Origin: Geosiphon pyriformis uo1
Lineage: Eukaryota > Fungi > Glomeromycota
Reading direction: 5' to 3'
Length of the DNA: 64,000 nt
Assembly: GCA_016748015.1 (NCBI GenBank)
Contig: JAAOMT010000011.1
Coordinates: 1-64,000, forward strand
Below, in pieces: positions 1 through 14,332 of this stretch. Position 1 is the first letter of the stretch. Every line of letters begins with the position of its first letter. The position numbers and the translations under genes are program-made. The notes below the pieces were generated by a model that saw only the letters and a program-made list of their open reading frames with translations, did not search any database and was not told where the DNA came from.

Positions 1-3000
1 CATAACAACATGGTAGTTTTCAAAGCTGGAGTTTGGGTTGATTTTTGGTAGTAAATGTCCAATAATTTCAGAGAAATTGGAGACTGTTTGGAATAATTCT
101 TGTTGAAAGATATTACTGTGAATAACTCCAATTTCTAAGTTATTTAATAAAACTATGGGGAAATTGTTGGGATTGTAAAAAGTAACTCTGATTTTTTTTG
201 TTCCTTCTGAAATATAAATATTTGGGATTAAGATATTATGTTCCAAGCAGATTTGTTTGTTGAACTTAAAAATTTGTTGTGTGGTTGTTGGCTTTTCACA
301 AGTGTAAATTTCAGGGTGTTCTCCAAAGAGTGAAATGGTAATTGGTTGTGGAAGTCATAAAATCTGGTGAGATTCTTTCTGTTTGTTGAGAGCTATGTTT
401 ACTGAAACTGTGAATCGTCCAGTTGAACCAAAACCTTGAGTTTCTTTTTCACTTTTTCCCAATAGTTTTCTTTGATTGACTAATTGTAAACCCAAAATGT
501 TGATTAAGAGTAAATAAATGGCTTGAGCAATTTTCTCGGCATGTTCAATCTTAAATGGCTTGTTAGTTTTGTTTTGGAGTATTATTGTTATGTCACCAGT
601 ATATCCAGCATCGATTATTTCTCCTCTGACATTGATTTTTTTGCTTGCCAGAAAGGACCAGGAGGTGATTTGAACCATTGCTCCTGGCGGAATTTTGAGA
701 GCAATTTTGAGGTTGATTTTTGTGAGAGATTTGGGTTTGAGAACAAAAGTATTCTTGTCTGGATATCTTAGGTCATATCCAGCATCAATTTCATGTGCTT
801 TTTCAGATTTTATTTCTTGTCCGTTGTTGTTAAAGTATTTAAGTTGTAAGGCAGGCTGATTTTTGATGAAATAGATGAATGTTGCTTCAATTTCTTCTGT
901 TGCTTTAGGTTCTTTAAATTCAATTTTGTTTTCATTGTTTTCACTGGGCAGGGGAATGCTAAGAGCATAGTATTCAGAGCATCATTGCTCATCACAAGGC
1001 ATTATGCATTTTTCACACAATTTAATGTTCATTTGCTCTAGCCGTTGGGCTTGAGCTTCTTTGGTCAGGTAAGTATGACTGGCAATTTGATAATATACTT
1101 TTACTTCATCTTCATAGTTGTATCTAGCAATTTCAAAGGTGTATGCAATGTATTCTGATTCTTTCATTTGACAAACATTTTCTTGAGTGGCTCTGTTAAT
1201 TAAAGCCATTGCTAGATCAAAATCATTTTGGCATTGTGAGGGTAATGGTACAGTTTGTTGAGGGCACTGTTGTAAGCAGCATCAAAAGGGGTTCCTCTTG
1301 TTACTTTTTCTGAGATTAAAAGGGTATATTGACATGTTTGATTACAGACTCCTCTTCTGAATGCAACATCAATCCAGTCACATTCATTAGGTAATTATTC
1401 TCTACAAGTCAAACAGGGTGTTCCATCCTATTTTCCACTTCTTTGACTAAGTGTTCCCATCATTCTCGGTGGCAGGATTTGCAATAGTAACAGGTATGGT
1501 TTCCGTATTCTTCCTCGGGTAAAATACAAGCTTCTATTGATGAGAGTTTCTTGTGGCAATCTTTGCATTTGAGTGGAATATAAGGATGTTGTTTTCATGG
1601 TTCTGGTTTTAAATAGGGGACATTCCATCTGGATGTCATTGGTTCTTTTGTTTCAAGAGAATTGTTTGTTGAAAAATACTGTTGTTCAGTTTCATCAGCC
1701 CAATTGGAGGTTGATTCAAGTGCCATAAATGTTTTGACTACAGGCTTTTCTTCCTTTTCTTCAAATTCGAAGACAGGGGCTTTCTCTGATTGTTTGTTGA
1801 ATGTACCACAAGTAGCAGGTACTCGGACATGTTGTCCTTAATAGGAGAGTTGTAATTCTTGAGTTTTCCAGTCTAATTTTGCATTGGCTTTTTGGAGCCA
1901 ATCATTTCTGACAAGGGCTTGATACTAAGGCACGTCCATTATAAGAACTTTGACTAGAATGGTGATTCCATCAAGAGTGAATGAAAAATTGTCAATTTCT
2001 CCTACTGGAGTCTTTTTCATGTTGTCGGCAATAACAATTACTATTTGAGCTGGTCGGTCAACATTTCTCTTTAACTGTTGCATTAACTGGTAGGTGATGA
2101 TGCTTCTAGCGGATCTACTGTCTAGGATCAAGTAAATTGCCTTTCCTTTAACTTCTGTTTTAGTGTACATAGCAGTGATTGCTTTTTGTTCATTGGTAGC
2201 TGCATTGCTAAGCAGGAATAGTGACTTATTTGCTTTGAACTCAAAAGAGAATATATCTGAAAGGTTGGCATTTTTAGCAATTCTGGCTGATAGGATTGTG
2301 GTAGAAGTATAAGAAGAGTTTTGTTGTCATGCTGCAGCTCTACCTTCCAAGAGTGCAGTATGGTGAAAATCCTGTTCTTCAGATATTATAAGATAGCTAG
2401 GTTGAGTATAATAATGGATGGGTCTTGGCTGAACTGGATTTCGGGGAACTAATTGGTTATTTGGGTTGATTTTATTGTTGTTTGTTGTGAATTGGTTTTG
2501 TGGTGCAAATTGGTTTTGTTGAACCAATCTTCAAGCAGGTACTTGGTAATATTGAATGGGTTGTCAATACTGTTGTTGCATTGGCTGTAGAACAGGTTAA
2601 TAGTAGTCGGTTTGATATTGTGGTCTTGGTAGATAGTAAGCTGGTGGTAGTGGTGGTTGGTAATAAGATTGTTGTAGCAAAGGGTAATGTTGATTACTCC
2701 TGTTTTGTTGGTCTCATTGTAGCTTTCTGCAATCTCTTTTTCAATGGCCAGAGATTCCATAGTAATGGCAATTCTGAGGCTGGTTATTAGAGGATGATAT
2801 GAAGTTGTTTTGATTCCGTCTTTGAGGTGGTTGATATCTTTGGGATTGCTGTTGTTGTTGGTTGGTGAAATAGTTTTCGACTTTCTTTATGAGTTGGTCA
2901 ATTTTTTCTTTAGCTGCTGAGCTGGTCTCTTCAATGGCTAAGTTCATGAGTTTTGTATGATTGGTTTCTTTCATGACCATTTCATATCTTTTTGCATGCT

Positions 3001-4207
3001 AAATGGCAGAGTTTAAATCTTCTGAAACATGTGGACAAACCTTTTTAATCAGTTTATACTTTAAACCAGTGATAAATTGATCCAAGATTTGAGCATCGGA
3101 ATAATAATCATTAGTTTCAAGTTGGTGAATTCATCTGAGAAGTTTGTTGAATTTCCCAATATAAGTTATGACAGATTTAAAAGGTTCTTGTTTAATATTG
3201 TAAAAACAATTTCAAAGTGTGATTGAGGTGTTGTTATTGGTGAATTGTTCTAAGAAGGCAGTTTTGAAAGCTGTCCAGTCATTAAAAGGGGTGGTCAAGT
3301 TTTCGAACCATTCATCTGCTGTTTCTTTAAGAAAGTAGGGAATTGTTCTTAACATTCTGGCAGCATTCCATCCATTTGCATCTCCAGCTTTAGTAACTTG
3401 GTTGAGCCATTCTTGGGGACTGGTCTCAATGTCTTCTCCATTAAATTCAGAGATTTTTGTAATGTATGCTGTCATTTTGTCTTCTTCGTTTTCACTGTCT
3501 ATTGATTCTTCTTCAGATATTTCAGAGTCGTTTTCTTCATTTGCTGCTGTCTCAGAGTGTTTACTTCAATTTTCAGCTAGAAAGTCAAGGAGATTGGAAC
3601 TAGTTTGAAGAGGTTCTTGTTGTCTGGTGGGACTTCTGGGTGATGTAAAATCTTCTAGTCTTGTAAATCAATTTAAGGGTAAATTAGGTGTTTGTGCTTG
3701 TGCAAATGAAGCTGAAAAAGGTGTGATAGTAAGTGAGAGTTTTGAACTGGTTTCTTGTTCAGGTGTTTGTAAGTGTTTGGCAGTTGTTTTTGGTAGTATT
3801 GGAGTATTTGGGGTGGTTTTTGAATATTGCTTCAATTTTTGTTTGCCTTTGTTGCTTGTTTCTGTCTCTGATTCAAAATCAATAGAGTATTGAGACTGCA
3901 CTGGATATGTTTTTTCACAGTACTTGATAATGTTAAAATTAAGTTTTTGAAAGTAAGTGACAAGTGTTTCACTGTTAAGGTCTTCAGTTCCCAACTGTGA
4001 ATAGTGTACTAAATTATTGTAAAGGTTGCTTCTAACTTCTGAGATATTGTAATTTCCAAAAAGATAATTGTTGATGCAGTTTTCAATGTATTAGTATACT
4101 GATTTCTTGACAACTTCAATTCCGTCTGGAATATTGAATCTTTGCTTGCAGTGGGTGTAAATTGATTGGTAATACTCTAGAGTTGTTGTGTCTGATGTGG
4201 TCGCCAC
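1..4207 (-). pseudogene. A1 gag-protease-Cys-rich-dUTPase polyprotein, disrupted
   Basis: ORF fragments 3668-3994, 3212-3475, 2741-2980, 1925-2170, 982-1209 and 355-678 are colinear with A4; many stops and frameshifts. Confidence 0.9.
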
Positions 4208-4252
4208 TTTGAAGTTGTTTTTGCTGTGTTGTTTCCATGGGAGAGCACCAAA

Positions 4253-5235
4253 TGTTATCAGAGGTTTTTGGTCTCTTCTTAGCTCTTGTATGTTTGTTGT
4301 AATGCTGTTAATTCACGACTATGGGAAGTGTTTGAATCTCCAATAACTGAATTTTATCTTCAAATTATCTTCTATAATTTGAACTATTGGGCTTATAAGT
4401 GGAATGGCCAATTCCATACTAGTTACTTGTGTAGTTACATTATAGTAAACATTAACTTTTTCCCAGGAATTGCTTGTCTGAAAGCTCACTAAAAATGTGT
4501 AGTTACTTTGCTGTGAAAGTCAACTCTTCTACAGGAATCTCATCTGTAGGCTACCCTAATGATTGTAATAAGAAAAGAAGAGAAAAATAAAAGAAATGTA
4601 AAAGAAATAGGATTTTATCAAGAGAAATGTTTTCTATTCAGGCCTGAAGTCACTAACAGTTTACTGAAATTGGTAGCTAATCAATTTCAAAATATTAATT
4701 GGGTTTTTGGGGATTTTCTAAATGCAATAATTTAAAGAATTTTGGTTTTTCGAATTATTTGATATTTTTTTTTTTTTGTGTGTGTAGAAATGGTTCTAAG
4801 TGATAAATCTAAAGTAAGATACATTTTCTCAAAGAGAGAAGCTCTTCTTTTATACAACTTGTCATAACACTATTCTATGAACTTGAACTTTGCTATTTTT
4901 TACAATTTCGCTGAACTAAAGATACATTTTGGCAAACTACAAGTTATTTCTGCAAACTATTAGATATTTTGGTGAACTATCAATTATTTCGGCGAATTTC
5001 TACAAATTTCAGCAAACTTTTTGAATGTTACATAGTTCGGAGTATTGCATGATTGATCATCACAATTAGGTTACATTTATGTTATGTGCAAATTGGGTTA
5101 TTAATTAACTGATAATTTTGGACATTTTGCTAATGTAATAAGTGATAATTTGAAATGATAATATATGCTAATTAACAATAGAAATTATAAAGATAATTTC
5201 ATGCTAAATAATATCTCTAATTTTGTCTGGTAACA
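4253..5235 (-). repeat. Family A LTR (5' LTR of A1)
   Basis: TGTTA...GTAACA termini; adjacent PBS; homologous to the other family A LTRs. Confidence 0.93.
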
Positions 5236-5477
5236 GCAGATAAAAAGTTTTCTTTTAGTGTCTACTTCAAAAGTTCTGGTAACTTATTCTCAGAGTGACT
5301 TCTTGTTTTTTTTCTATAGGGGTAATAGTTCTGAAAATTATTTATTACTGGGGCTGTGATTTCTTTCTGAATGTAATTGATTTGACTTCTATTAATCGTT
5401 ATGGATAAGTCAGGAAGTGTTTTCAAGGCTAATATTAATTTTTGGGATATTTGTTGAATATTTTGGAGAATAATCAT
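5236..5477 (-). pseudogene. A2 ORF3 N-terminal part, interrupted by A1
   Basis: MIILQNIQQISQKLILALKTLPDLSITIN, homologous to 45086-45793. Confidence 0.85.
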
Positions 5478-5631
5478 GATAAAATTGACTAATTAGTAAA
5501 AAGAGAGAATAAAGAAAAATATTTTTTTTGGGTCTGAAGTTTTATTTGTTTTTGGGTTTTGGGTGTTTTGTAATTATTTATTATTTTTGTCTTTTGTGTG
5601 TTATTAAAGATTATTGTAAAATTATGTTGAA

Positions 5632-7017
5632 TTAAGTGTTTAAGTTTGGTTGTTGTTCTATTATAATTATTGATTCTAAATTTCGGGGAATATCTTCAAG
5701 ATTAATTAAAGGGGAATGTGTATCAATTTGTGGAATTAATGGTTCAGGATTGTTTCTGGAATGATAGTGTTTCAATCTATCTCCATGTGCAACTTTTGTT
5801 AGTACTTTGTCATTAAGTCTTAACTTGTATGATCTATTGCCTAGAATTTCATGAATATAAAATGGTCCATCCTATTTGTTTTCAAATTTCCCATTCCATT
5901 GTTTTTCAGCCTTAGTTCTGTGTAAGAGAACTTTATTTCCTATTTTAAATTCATTGGTTATGGGTGATAATTTGTTGTCGTGTCTTTCTTTTTGTTAAGC
6001 TTGGGAACATTCAATATGAGTTGCTGCTATTCTTTTTTTTCCTTCCAGTGTACTAAGAAAAGTGTAGGCCCTTCTTTGGTGTGTTTTTTGCAAGTTTTCT
6101 TCATTAATTGGTTGCACAAGATATGTTTCTACTGTAAAATTAATTGGTAATGTTGCTGTTCTTCCATAAGTTAAATTAAATGGTGTGTGTTTCATAGTAT
6201 CTTGTTTTAGTGTTCTGTATGCTAGTAACACTGATGGAATAAAGATATCCCATTCTTGTTCAAAGTCTGTTAAGACTTTGGCTAGAGATTCACACAATGT
6301 TCTGTTGAAACATTCTACAAGTCCATTTGTTTAAGAGTGATAAGATGATGATAAAAGTCTTTTAACATTAAATTATTCACAAATTTCTTGTATCAAGTTG
6401 TTCACAAAATGTGTTCTTTGATCAAATAAAAGTTCAATTGGACATTCATGTCTACAGATAATGTCTTTATAGATGAAATTTGCTACTGATTTTGCATCTG
6501 CTCTTTGAATGGTTCTAGCTTCAGGCCATTTGGTAAGATAATCCACCGCAATTACAATATAACAATTTTCTTGGGTTGTGATAGGTAATGGTCTGACTAA
6601 ATCAATTCCAACTCTGTTAAAAGGTTGTTCAACTTTGATTGGATTTAAAAGTTCTGTGGGGTGAGTTTCTTCTCTTCTTTGACAACTATCACAAGATTCT
6701 ACATATTGTCGAATGTTTTTTTACATGTGAAGCCAAAAATAATGTTCAAGAGTTCTTTGAATTGTTCTATCTCTTCCCAAGTATGCTGAAGAAGAATCTG
6801 TGTGCATGTTGTATAGAATTGTTTCTTTTTTATTTTCCTGTATTAATCTGAGTAGTTGGTTTGGGTTTTTATGATTTTTGTAATAGATTTTGTTGTGGTA
6901 TATAAATTATTGTTTGGATTGGTGTTTTAATCGATGTTTTTCACTTGGATACCAATTTTTTGGCATGGTGAGAGTCTTCAAATAGTTTTTGATGTTGTTG
7001 TAGTTTTCTGGATCTAT
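5632..7017 (-). pseudogene. A2 integrase (separate ORF), disrupted
   Basis: HHCC remnant, YLTKWPEA, DQ.THF, GPF motif, NLE.IIIIEQ end; ORF 5995-6297. Confidence 0.88.
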
Positions 7018-7084
7018 TGTTGTTGATTTTGTTGTTTGTTCTGCTGTTAAGTTTGTTGGTGTTTTGTTGGTGTTGATGTTGATA

Positions 7085-10000
7085 TTAATATTGTCTCATT
7101 TTTAAGAGGCTATTAACATTGGTGTGTAGTTTTCCTGGTTTGTGATGTACAATGTATCTGTAGTCTGTTAAGAAGTCATTTCATTAAGACTGTTTGGCAT
7201 TTTGTTCAGTTTTCTTTTTATTAAGCCATTTGAGACCAATATTGTCAGTTATTATGTCAAATTCTTTTCTATTCTTCAGGTATTGTTGAAAGTATTTGAG
7301 AGCCCAGATGACTGCAGCAGCTTCCAATTCAGTTAAGCCATATTTGAGTTCTGTTGGCTTGAGTGTTCTGCTGGCATAGACAATAACTTGTTCCTGGCCA
7401 TTTTTATTCAATTGTGATAAAATGGCACCAAATGCTATGTGTAAAGCATCAATGGCTAATTGAAATTGTTTGTTGAAGTCTGGATAAGCAAGAACTGAGG
7501 CTGTTGTCAATTTTGTTTTGAGAGTTTCAAAAGCTTTTTGTTGTTTTTTAGTCTATTTGTATGGTACATTTTTGTTGGTAAGATAATTGAGTGGTTTGGC
7601 AATTTTTGAAAATTCTTTTATAAATTTTCAATAGTAAGAGGCTAATTCTACAAATCCTCGTAGTTCTGTGGTATTTCTGGAAGTTTAAAAGTTTTTGACA
7701 GCACTGATTGTTCCAGGATTTGGTTTGACTCCATTTTTGCTAACAATGTGTCTAAGGAAGATTAAGCTTGTTTTTCCAAAGTGACATTTTTCAATGTTTA
7801 ACTTCAATTCTGCTTTTTGTAATTATTGAAAAACTTCTCACAGGTAGATAAGATGAGTCTCAAAACTTGGTGAGTATACATCAGTGTTATCAAGATAGAC
7901 AACTACAGATTGCCACAAGAGTCTTTTATATACAACATCCATGAGTTACTGGAATGTTGCTGGTGTATTGCAGAGTCTAAAAGGCATAATATTGAACTCA
8001 TAGTTTCCTTCCTGAGTGGTAAATGCTGTTTTGGGTCGGTCTTTTGGGTCCATTTCGACTTGTCAGTATTCACTTTCTAAGTCTAAAGTTAAGAAGAACT
8101 TGGCTTTTTCTAGAGCATCTAGCATGTCATCAATTCTTGGAAGAGAGTAAGCATCTCCAATTGTCATACTGTTCAATTGACAATAGTTAACACAAATCTG
8201 AATTTTCCATTTTTCTTTTTGACAAGGACTACTGGTGAGGCCCAAGGACTTCTTAATGGTTAAATCAATCTGTTATTGAGCATTCTCTGGACTTTTTTTC
8301 TGATGAATTGGTAGCTGGCAGGTGACACTTTGTAAGCTTGCTGACGTTTTGGTGGAGCATCTCCTGTATGGATCTGATGTTGAACTATATCCGTTTTTCC
8401 CAGGTTATTGTTGTCTTTTGCAAATATATCTGCAAATTCAGCTATCAATTGTTTCAATTGTTTTTGTTGTTGAGGTTCTAAGGAACCCATGTTAATTCAA
8501 GAGAGTTTTTTTTTCCAAAAAGTGGTAGTTTTTAGTAGTGGGAATGATATTTGGATTTGAGAGTAGAATGTGCCTTACAATTTCGATAAAATTAGAAACA
8601 ATTTGAGGGTTTTCATCTTGAAAAATATTGCTGTGTATGATTCCAATCTCTAGTTTGTTTAATAAGACAATAGGGTAATTTTTGGGGTTGTAGAATGTAA
8701 CTCAAAATTTTTTCATTCCTTTGGGAATATAAATGTTTGGAATTGAGATTTCATGCTTCAAACAGATTTGTTCATTGGATTCAAAGATTTGTTGTGTAGT
8801 GGTGAGTTTTGAGCAAGTGTAAATTTCGTGATATTCTCCAAAAAGTGAAATGGTAATTGGCTGGGGAAGTTAAAGAATCTGGTGAGATTTATTTTGTGTA
8901 TTAAGAACTATGTTTATTGAAACTGTAAATTATCCAGTTGAACCAAAACCTTGAGTTCTTTTTTCACTTTTTTCTCAATTGTTCTTTGTTGTTTACTAAT
9001 TGTAAACCCGAAATGTTGATTAAGGGTAAGTAAATTGCTTGAGCAATTTTTTCAGCATGTTCAATTTTGAATGGTTTGTCTGTCTCATTCTGTAACATAA
9101 TGGTAATGTCTTTAGTGTATCCTGCATCTATAACTCCTCTTCTAACATTGATTCCTTTGCTTGCCAATGATGATCTGAAGGCAATTTGAACCATTGCTCC
9201 TGGTAGAATTTCAAGAGCAATTTTGAGATTGATTTTTGTTAAGGATTTTGGTTGAAAAACCAAAGTATCTTTTCCTGGATATCTTAGATCATATTCAGCA
9301 TCAATTTCGTGTGCTTTTTCTGGTCTGATTTCTTGGCCATGGTTGTTAAAATATTTAAGTTGTAGAGGTGGTTGCTTTTCAAGAAGATAGATAGGGGTGG
9401 TTGGTAGTTCTTCTACTAGTTCAGATACTCCAAATTTGATTTTATTTTCATCATTCTCATCTGGCAGAGGAATGCTAAGAGCATAACATTCTAAACACCA
9501 TTGGTCATCACAAGGCATAACACATTCTTTATACAATTGAATGTTCATTTGCTTTAATTGTTAAATTTGAGCTTTTTTGGTCGGATATGTGTGGCTTGCA
9601 ATTTGGTGGTAGGTTTCTACTTCATCTTCATAATCAAATCCAGCTAATTTCATAGTATACTCAATATATTCAGCTTTTTTCATTTGGCAGACATTTTCTT
9701 GGGTGGCTTCATTGATCAATGCCATTGCTAGGTCAAAAATCATTTCAGCATCATGAGGGTAGTGGTAAAGTTTATTAAAAGCACTATTGTATGCTGCATC
9801 AAATGGTGTTCCTCTTCTAATTTTTTCCAAAATTGATAGAGCATATTAACAGGTCTGATTACATACTCCTCTTCTCATTGCTACATCAATCCAATTGCAT
9901 TCTTCTGGTAGTCTTTCTCTATAAGTAAGACAAGGAGTTTTGTCTCATTTTCCACTTCTCTTTGGAAATCCAAATTGTTCTCTATGGCATGCCTTGCAGA

Positions 10001-12706
10001 AGTAGCAAGTACGAGTTTTGTATTCCTTTTCTGGGGAAATACAGGCTCTCATAGATGAAAACTTCTTTTTGCAATCTTTGCATTTTAGTGGAATGTATGG
10101 TGATTCTTTTCGTGGTTTTGGTGTGAAATATCTAACTTTCTTTCATCCTCTTGATTCTTCAAAAATCTCTTGTTCTGTTTCCTCAGCTCAATTGGATGGT
10201 GATCCAAGAGCCATGTAGGTTTTAGTGAATGGCATTTCTTTTTCTTCTTTAAATTTAAATACTAGAGCTTTTTCTGATCATTTGTTAAAGGTGCCACAGG
10301 TTGCAAGTACTATGGTATATTGTCCTTGGTATGAGATTTTAAGTTCTTGAGTTTCCCAGTTCAGATTTGCATTGGCCTTGAGAAGCCAATCATTTTCAAC
10401 TAAAGCTTGGTATTGGGGTGCATCCATAACAAGAACTTTAACTGGAATGGTGATTCCATCAATTGTAAAGGGGAAATCATTAATTTCTCCTACTGGAGTC
10501 TTCTTCATACCATCAGCTATAACAATAACTTTTGAGCTGGTCTGTCTATGTTTTATTTGAATTGTTGTATCAGCTGATAAGTGATGATACTTCCAGCCAA
10601 TTTACTATCTAAGATTAAACAAATGGGTTTTCTTTCTATTGTAGCTTCTGTATACATAGCAGTAATTGCTTTCTGTTTATTAACTGCTGCATTACTAAGC
10701 AGAAATGGTGATTCATTTGCTTCAAATTCAAATAGAAATATATTTGACAGATTGGCATTTTGGGCAATTTGAGCTAATAGAATGGTGTGGTTGGAAGGAT
10801 TTGATCTTGGTGCTGCAACTTCATCTTCAGAAAGTACAGTTTGTTGAAAATCCGATTCCTCTGGTATTGTAAGATAACTGGGTTGAGTGTGATAATGATT
10901 GGGTTTTTGCTGACCAAAATTTCGGGAAACCAACTGGTTATTTGGATTGATTCTGTTGTTGTTACTCTGCAATTGATTTTGGGGTGTGAATTAGTTATGT
11001 TGAACCAATCTTCTTGCTGGTACTTGATATTGTTGAATGGATGGTGTCTGATATGGCTGAATTGGTAAAGGTTGCTGATATTGTTGCTGCATTGGTTGTG
11101 GAGCTGGTAAATAGTAACTGTTTTGATTTTGTGGTCTTGGTGAATAATAGGTTGGTGGTGGAGATTGGTAATAAGATTGTTGTGGTGAAAAGTAATGTTA
11201 ATTACTCCTGTTTTGTTGGTCTTTTTGTAATTTCCTACAATCTCGTTTTCAGTGTTCTGAAATTCCACAATAATGACAATTTTGAGATTGGTTGTTGGAT
11301 GGTGATCCAAAATTGTTTTGGTTGTGTTATTGTGGAGGTTGATATCTTTGTGGTTGTTGTTGCTGTTGTTGTTGGTTTGTGAAGTAGCTTTCAACTTTTT
11401 TTGTGAGTTGGTCTATCTTTTTTTCAGCTGCTGAGCTGGTTTCTCCAATTGCAAGGTTTACAAGCTTGGTGTGATTTGTTTCTTCTATTGCTATTTCATA
11501 GCTTTTTGCATGTCTAATAACAGTTGCTAAGTCTGCTGGAGCATGTGGACAGACTTTCTTAATCAGTTTGTCTTTTAACTCTGCTATAAACTGATCTAGA
11601 ATTTGAGCATCAGAATAGTAGTCATTGGTTTCCAATTGTCAGATTCATTTAAGAAGTTTGTTAAATCTTCCAAGATAGGTCATAACAGTTTCAGATGTTT
11701 CTTGCTTGATATTGCAAAAGCGGTTTCTGAGAGTGATAGAGATATTGTTGTCAGTGAATTGTTGTAGAAAAGCATCTTTGAATGCTTGCCAGTTTTCAAA
11801 TGGTTCTTCTAAATTTTCAAACCATTCTCCTGCTGTTCTTTGGAGAAAGTAAGGAATTGCTTTAAGCATTCTTGCTACAATCCAACCATTTGCATCTCCT
11901 GCTTTTTGAACTTTGTCAAGCCATTCTTAAGGACTGGTATCATTATCTTCACCAGTGAATTCTGGAATTTTTGCAATGTAAGCAGTTGCCATTTCTTTTT
12001 TGTTTCCTGTAATTTCTTCTGGTTCTGATTCAGTTTCTTCACTTTCCAAGCTTTCTAAATGATTACTTTCGTTTTCCTGTAAGTAATCAATGATATTGGC
12101 ATTTGTTGATATTGGTTCTTGTTGTTGAGTAGGATTTCTAGATAACTGAAAATCTTCTGGTCTGAAAAAATGGTTAAGTGGTGAACTTGGTGTTTGTGGT
12201 TGAACAAGTGAAATTGAAAATAGTGTAATAAAAAGTAATTTGACACCGGTTCCTTGTTCAGGTGTTTGCAAGTGTTTGACAGTTGTCTTTAATAGTATTG
12301 GAGTGTTTGGAGTAGTTCTTGAGTATTGTTTTACTTTTTGTTTGCCTTTGTTGCTTGTCTCTGTTTCTAATTCAAAGTTAAAAGAGTATTTGGGCTGTAC
12401 TGGGTATTTTTCTTCACAGTACTCAATAATATTAAAATTAAGTTTTTGGAAGTAGGTAGCAAGTGTTTCACTGTTCAGGTCTTCTGTTTTTAATTGTGAA
12501 TAGTGCACTAAATTATTGTAGAAATTGCTTCTAACTTCTAAAATATTGTAGTTTCCAAAAAGATAATTGTTGATGTGATTTTCAATATATTAGTATACTG
12601 ATTTCTTAAAAACTTCAATTCCATCTGGGATGTTGAATCTTTGCTTGCAGTGGGTGTAAATTGACTAATGATACTCTAGAGTTGTTGTGTCTGGTGTGGT
12701 TGCCAC
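7085..12706 (-). pseudogene. A2 gag-PR-Cys-rich-dUTPase-RT-RNaseH, disrupted
   Basis: ORF fragments for capsid (11645-12508), protease (10278-10972), dUTPase (8964-9548), RT (LPRIDDMLD, YLDN) and RNase H (7184-7510). Confidence 0.9.
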
Positions 12707-12751
12707 TTTGAATTTGTTGTTGCTGTGTTATTTCTGTGGGGGGGCACCAAA

Positions 12752-13720
12752 TGTTACCAGAGGTTTTTGGTCTCTTTTCTTGAATGTTGTAAATGTCTGT
12801 TGGTTGCAAATTCACGTTTTCTAGAAGTAGTTAAATCTCCAATAACTGAATTTATCTTCAAATTATCTCCTATAATTTGAACTGCTGATCTTATAAGTAG
12901 AATGGCCAATTCCTTGCCAGTTACTTTATGTAGTTACATTGTAGTAAATGTCAACTCTTTCCCAGGAATTACTCATCTGGAAGCTCATTAAAAATGTGTA
13001 ATTATTTTGCTGTGAAAGTCAACTCTTCTACAAAAATCTTGTCTGTAGGCTACCCTAATGATTGTAATAAGAAAAAAAATAAAAATAAAAGAAATGTAAA
13101 AGAAATAGGATTTTATCAAGAGAAACGTTTTCTATCCAGGTCTGAAGTCACTAACAGTTTATTGAAATTGGTAGCTAATCAATTTCGAAATGTTAGTTGG
13201 GTTTTGGGAATTTTCCAAGTGCAATAATTAAAGAATTTGGTTTTTCGAATTATTTGATATTTATTTCTTTTTGTGTATATAGGAACGGTTCTAAGTGATA
13301 AATCTAAAGTAAGATACATTTTCTTGAAGAGAAAAGCTCTTCTTTTATATAACTTGTTGTAGTACTAGTCTATGAACTTGCACTTTTTCTCTTTGCTCAA
13401 ATTTTGGCAAACTAAAGATACATTTTGATGAACTACAAGTTATTTCACTGAACTATTGATTAATTTGAATAAACTATTCATAATTTCGGCGAATTTTTGT
13501 AAATTTCGGCAAATTTTAGAATATTACAAAGTTCAGGGTATTGTGTAATTTGATCATCTTACTTTCTGTTGTACTAATTGAATTATTAATTGAATCGTGA
13601 TATGTGATAAATTGATTAAATAATAAGTGATAATTTGGATTAATATTAATATGTTAATTACTGATAGAAATTATAAGGATAATTTCATGCTAATTAATAG
13701 CTAAAATTTTACTGGTAACA
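12752..13720 (-). repeat. Family A LTR (5' LTR of A2)
   Basis: TGTTAC...GTAACA termini, PBS adjacent. Confidence 0.93.
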
Positions 13721-14332
13721 TTGTAAGCAAGTGGTGCCTTCTCAGGATCAGATTCATTTGGCTAACATTTATAAGAAGAAGCAGGCTCCAGTTGTTCACC
13801 CAGTTTTTTTTAATAAGAAAACTTGGGCCCAAATTGCAGGTGGTTCTTCTTTTCATGCAATGTTGTCAGTTCCTTCTGGTATTGGTTCACTTTTAGGTGC
13901 AAAACTCTTGGTGATTGCCTCCAACTCTCTTGATAATTCTGGTTTGGCTGACTGTATAGCTTTTTTGGAGCACTCTGTAGAGCTTTTGTCAGATCAGGTT
14001 TCTGAGATTTTGAGGAAATTGAGCTTTGTGAAATTGGTGCCATTGTTATTTCCATCTTGTATCCCCTTTCAATTGTTATCTCTTCTTCATATTCAGCTCT
14101 GAATTTGGATATGGTTGTGGATAGTGTGGTGGTGCCTTTTTCTCCTTCTTCTCCAGTAACTGGTAATGTTGGCCCTGAACTAAGTTTGAGTAGTTCAAAG
14201 ATTCTTATTACCAAGATGGGTGGTTTGGAATCAAAAATGATGGCTCTGGAAGTTTCAATCAGCTCAGTATTAACGAGGTTGGACTCTTTGTGTTCTAATT
14301 TGGGTTTGTCAGCTCCTTCTCCTTCTCAATAA
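13721..14332 (+). pseudogene. LINE1 ORF1 C-terminal part
   Basis: ORFs 13731-14102 and 14057-14332 (coiled-coil-like end) lie directly before the endonuclease. Confidence 0.75.

Larger units (their letters stand above)
1..5235 (-). mobile_element. Ty3/Gypsy LTR retrotransposon, family A copy A1 (5' part: 5'LTR, gag, protease, Cys-rich domain, dUTPase); continues left of the window; inserted in ORF3 of copy A2
   Basis: LTR 4253-5235 and PBS 4241-4250. Fragments of gag (MTAYITKISEFNGED), protease (ILDSRSARS) and dUTPase (IIDAGYTG, GFGSTG). Right flank GCAG continues into A2 ORF3. Confidence 0.93.
5236..13720 (-). mobile_element. Ty3/Gypsy family A copy A2 (5'LTR to start of ORF3), inserted in LINE1 ORF1 and interrupted by A1
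   Basis: LTR 12752-13720, PBS about 12739-12749, gag/PR/dUTPase/RT/RH/IN fragments in order; flank TTGT continues into LINE ORF1. Confidence 0.93.

Noticed and set aside
10774-11394. Recurrent alternate-frame and antisense ORFs over gag (e.g. 10774-11394, 39241-40017, 61727-62176, 11014-11382)
   Set aside because: Explained by CAA/AAC-rich low-complexity codon usage that lacks stops in other frames; no independent motif
4253-13720. Apparent complete element bounded by LTRs at 4253 and 12752
   Set aside because: No PPT, truncated ORF3, different LTR subtypes and a PBS on the left LTR: it is a nested insertion
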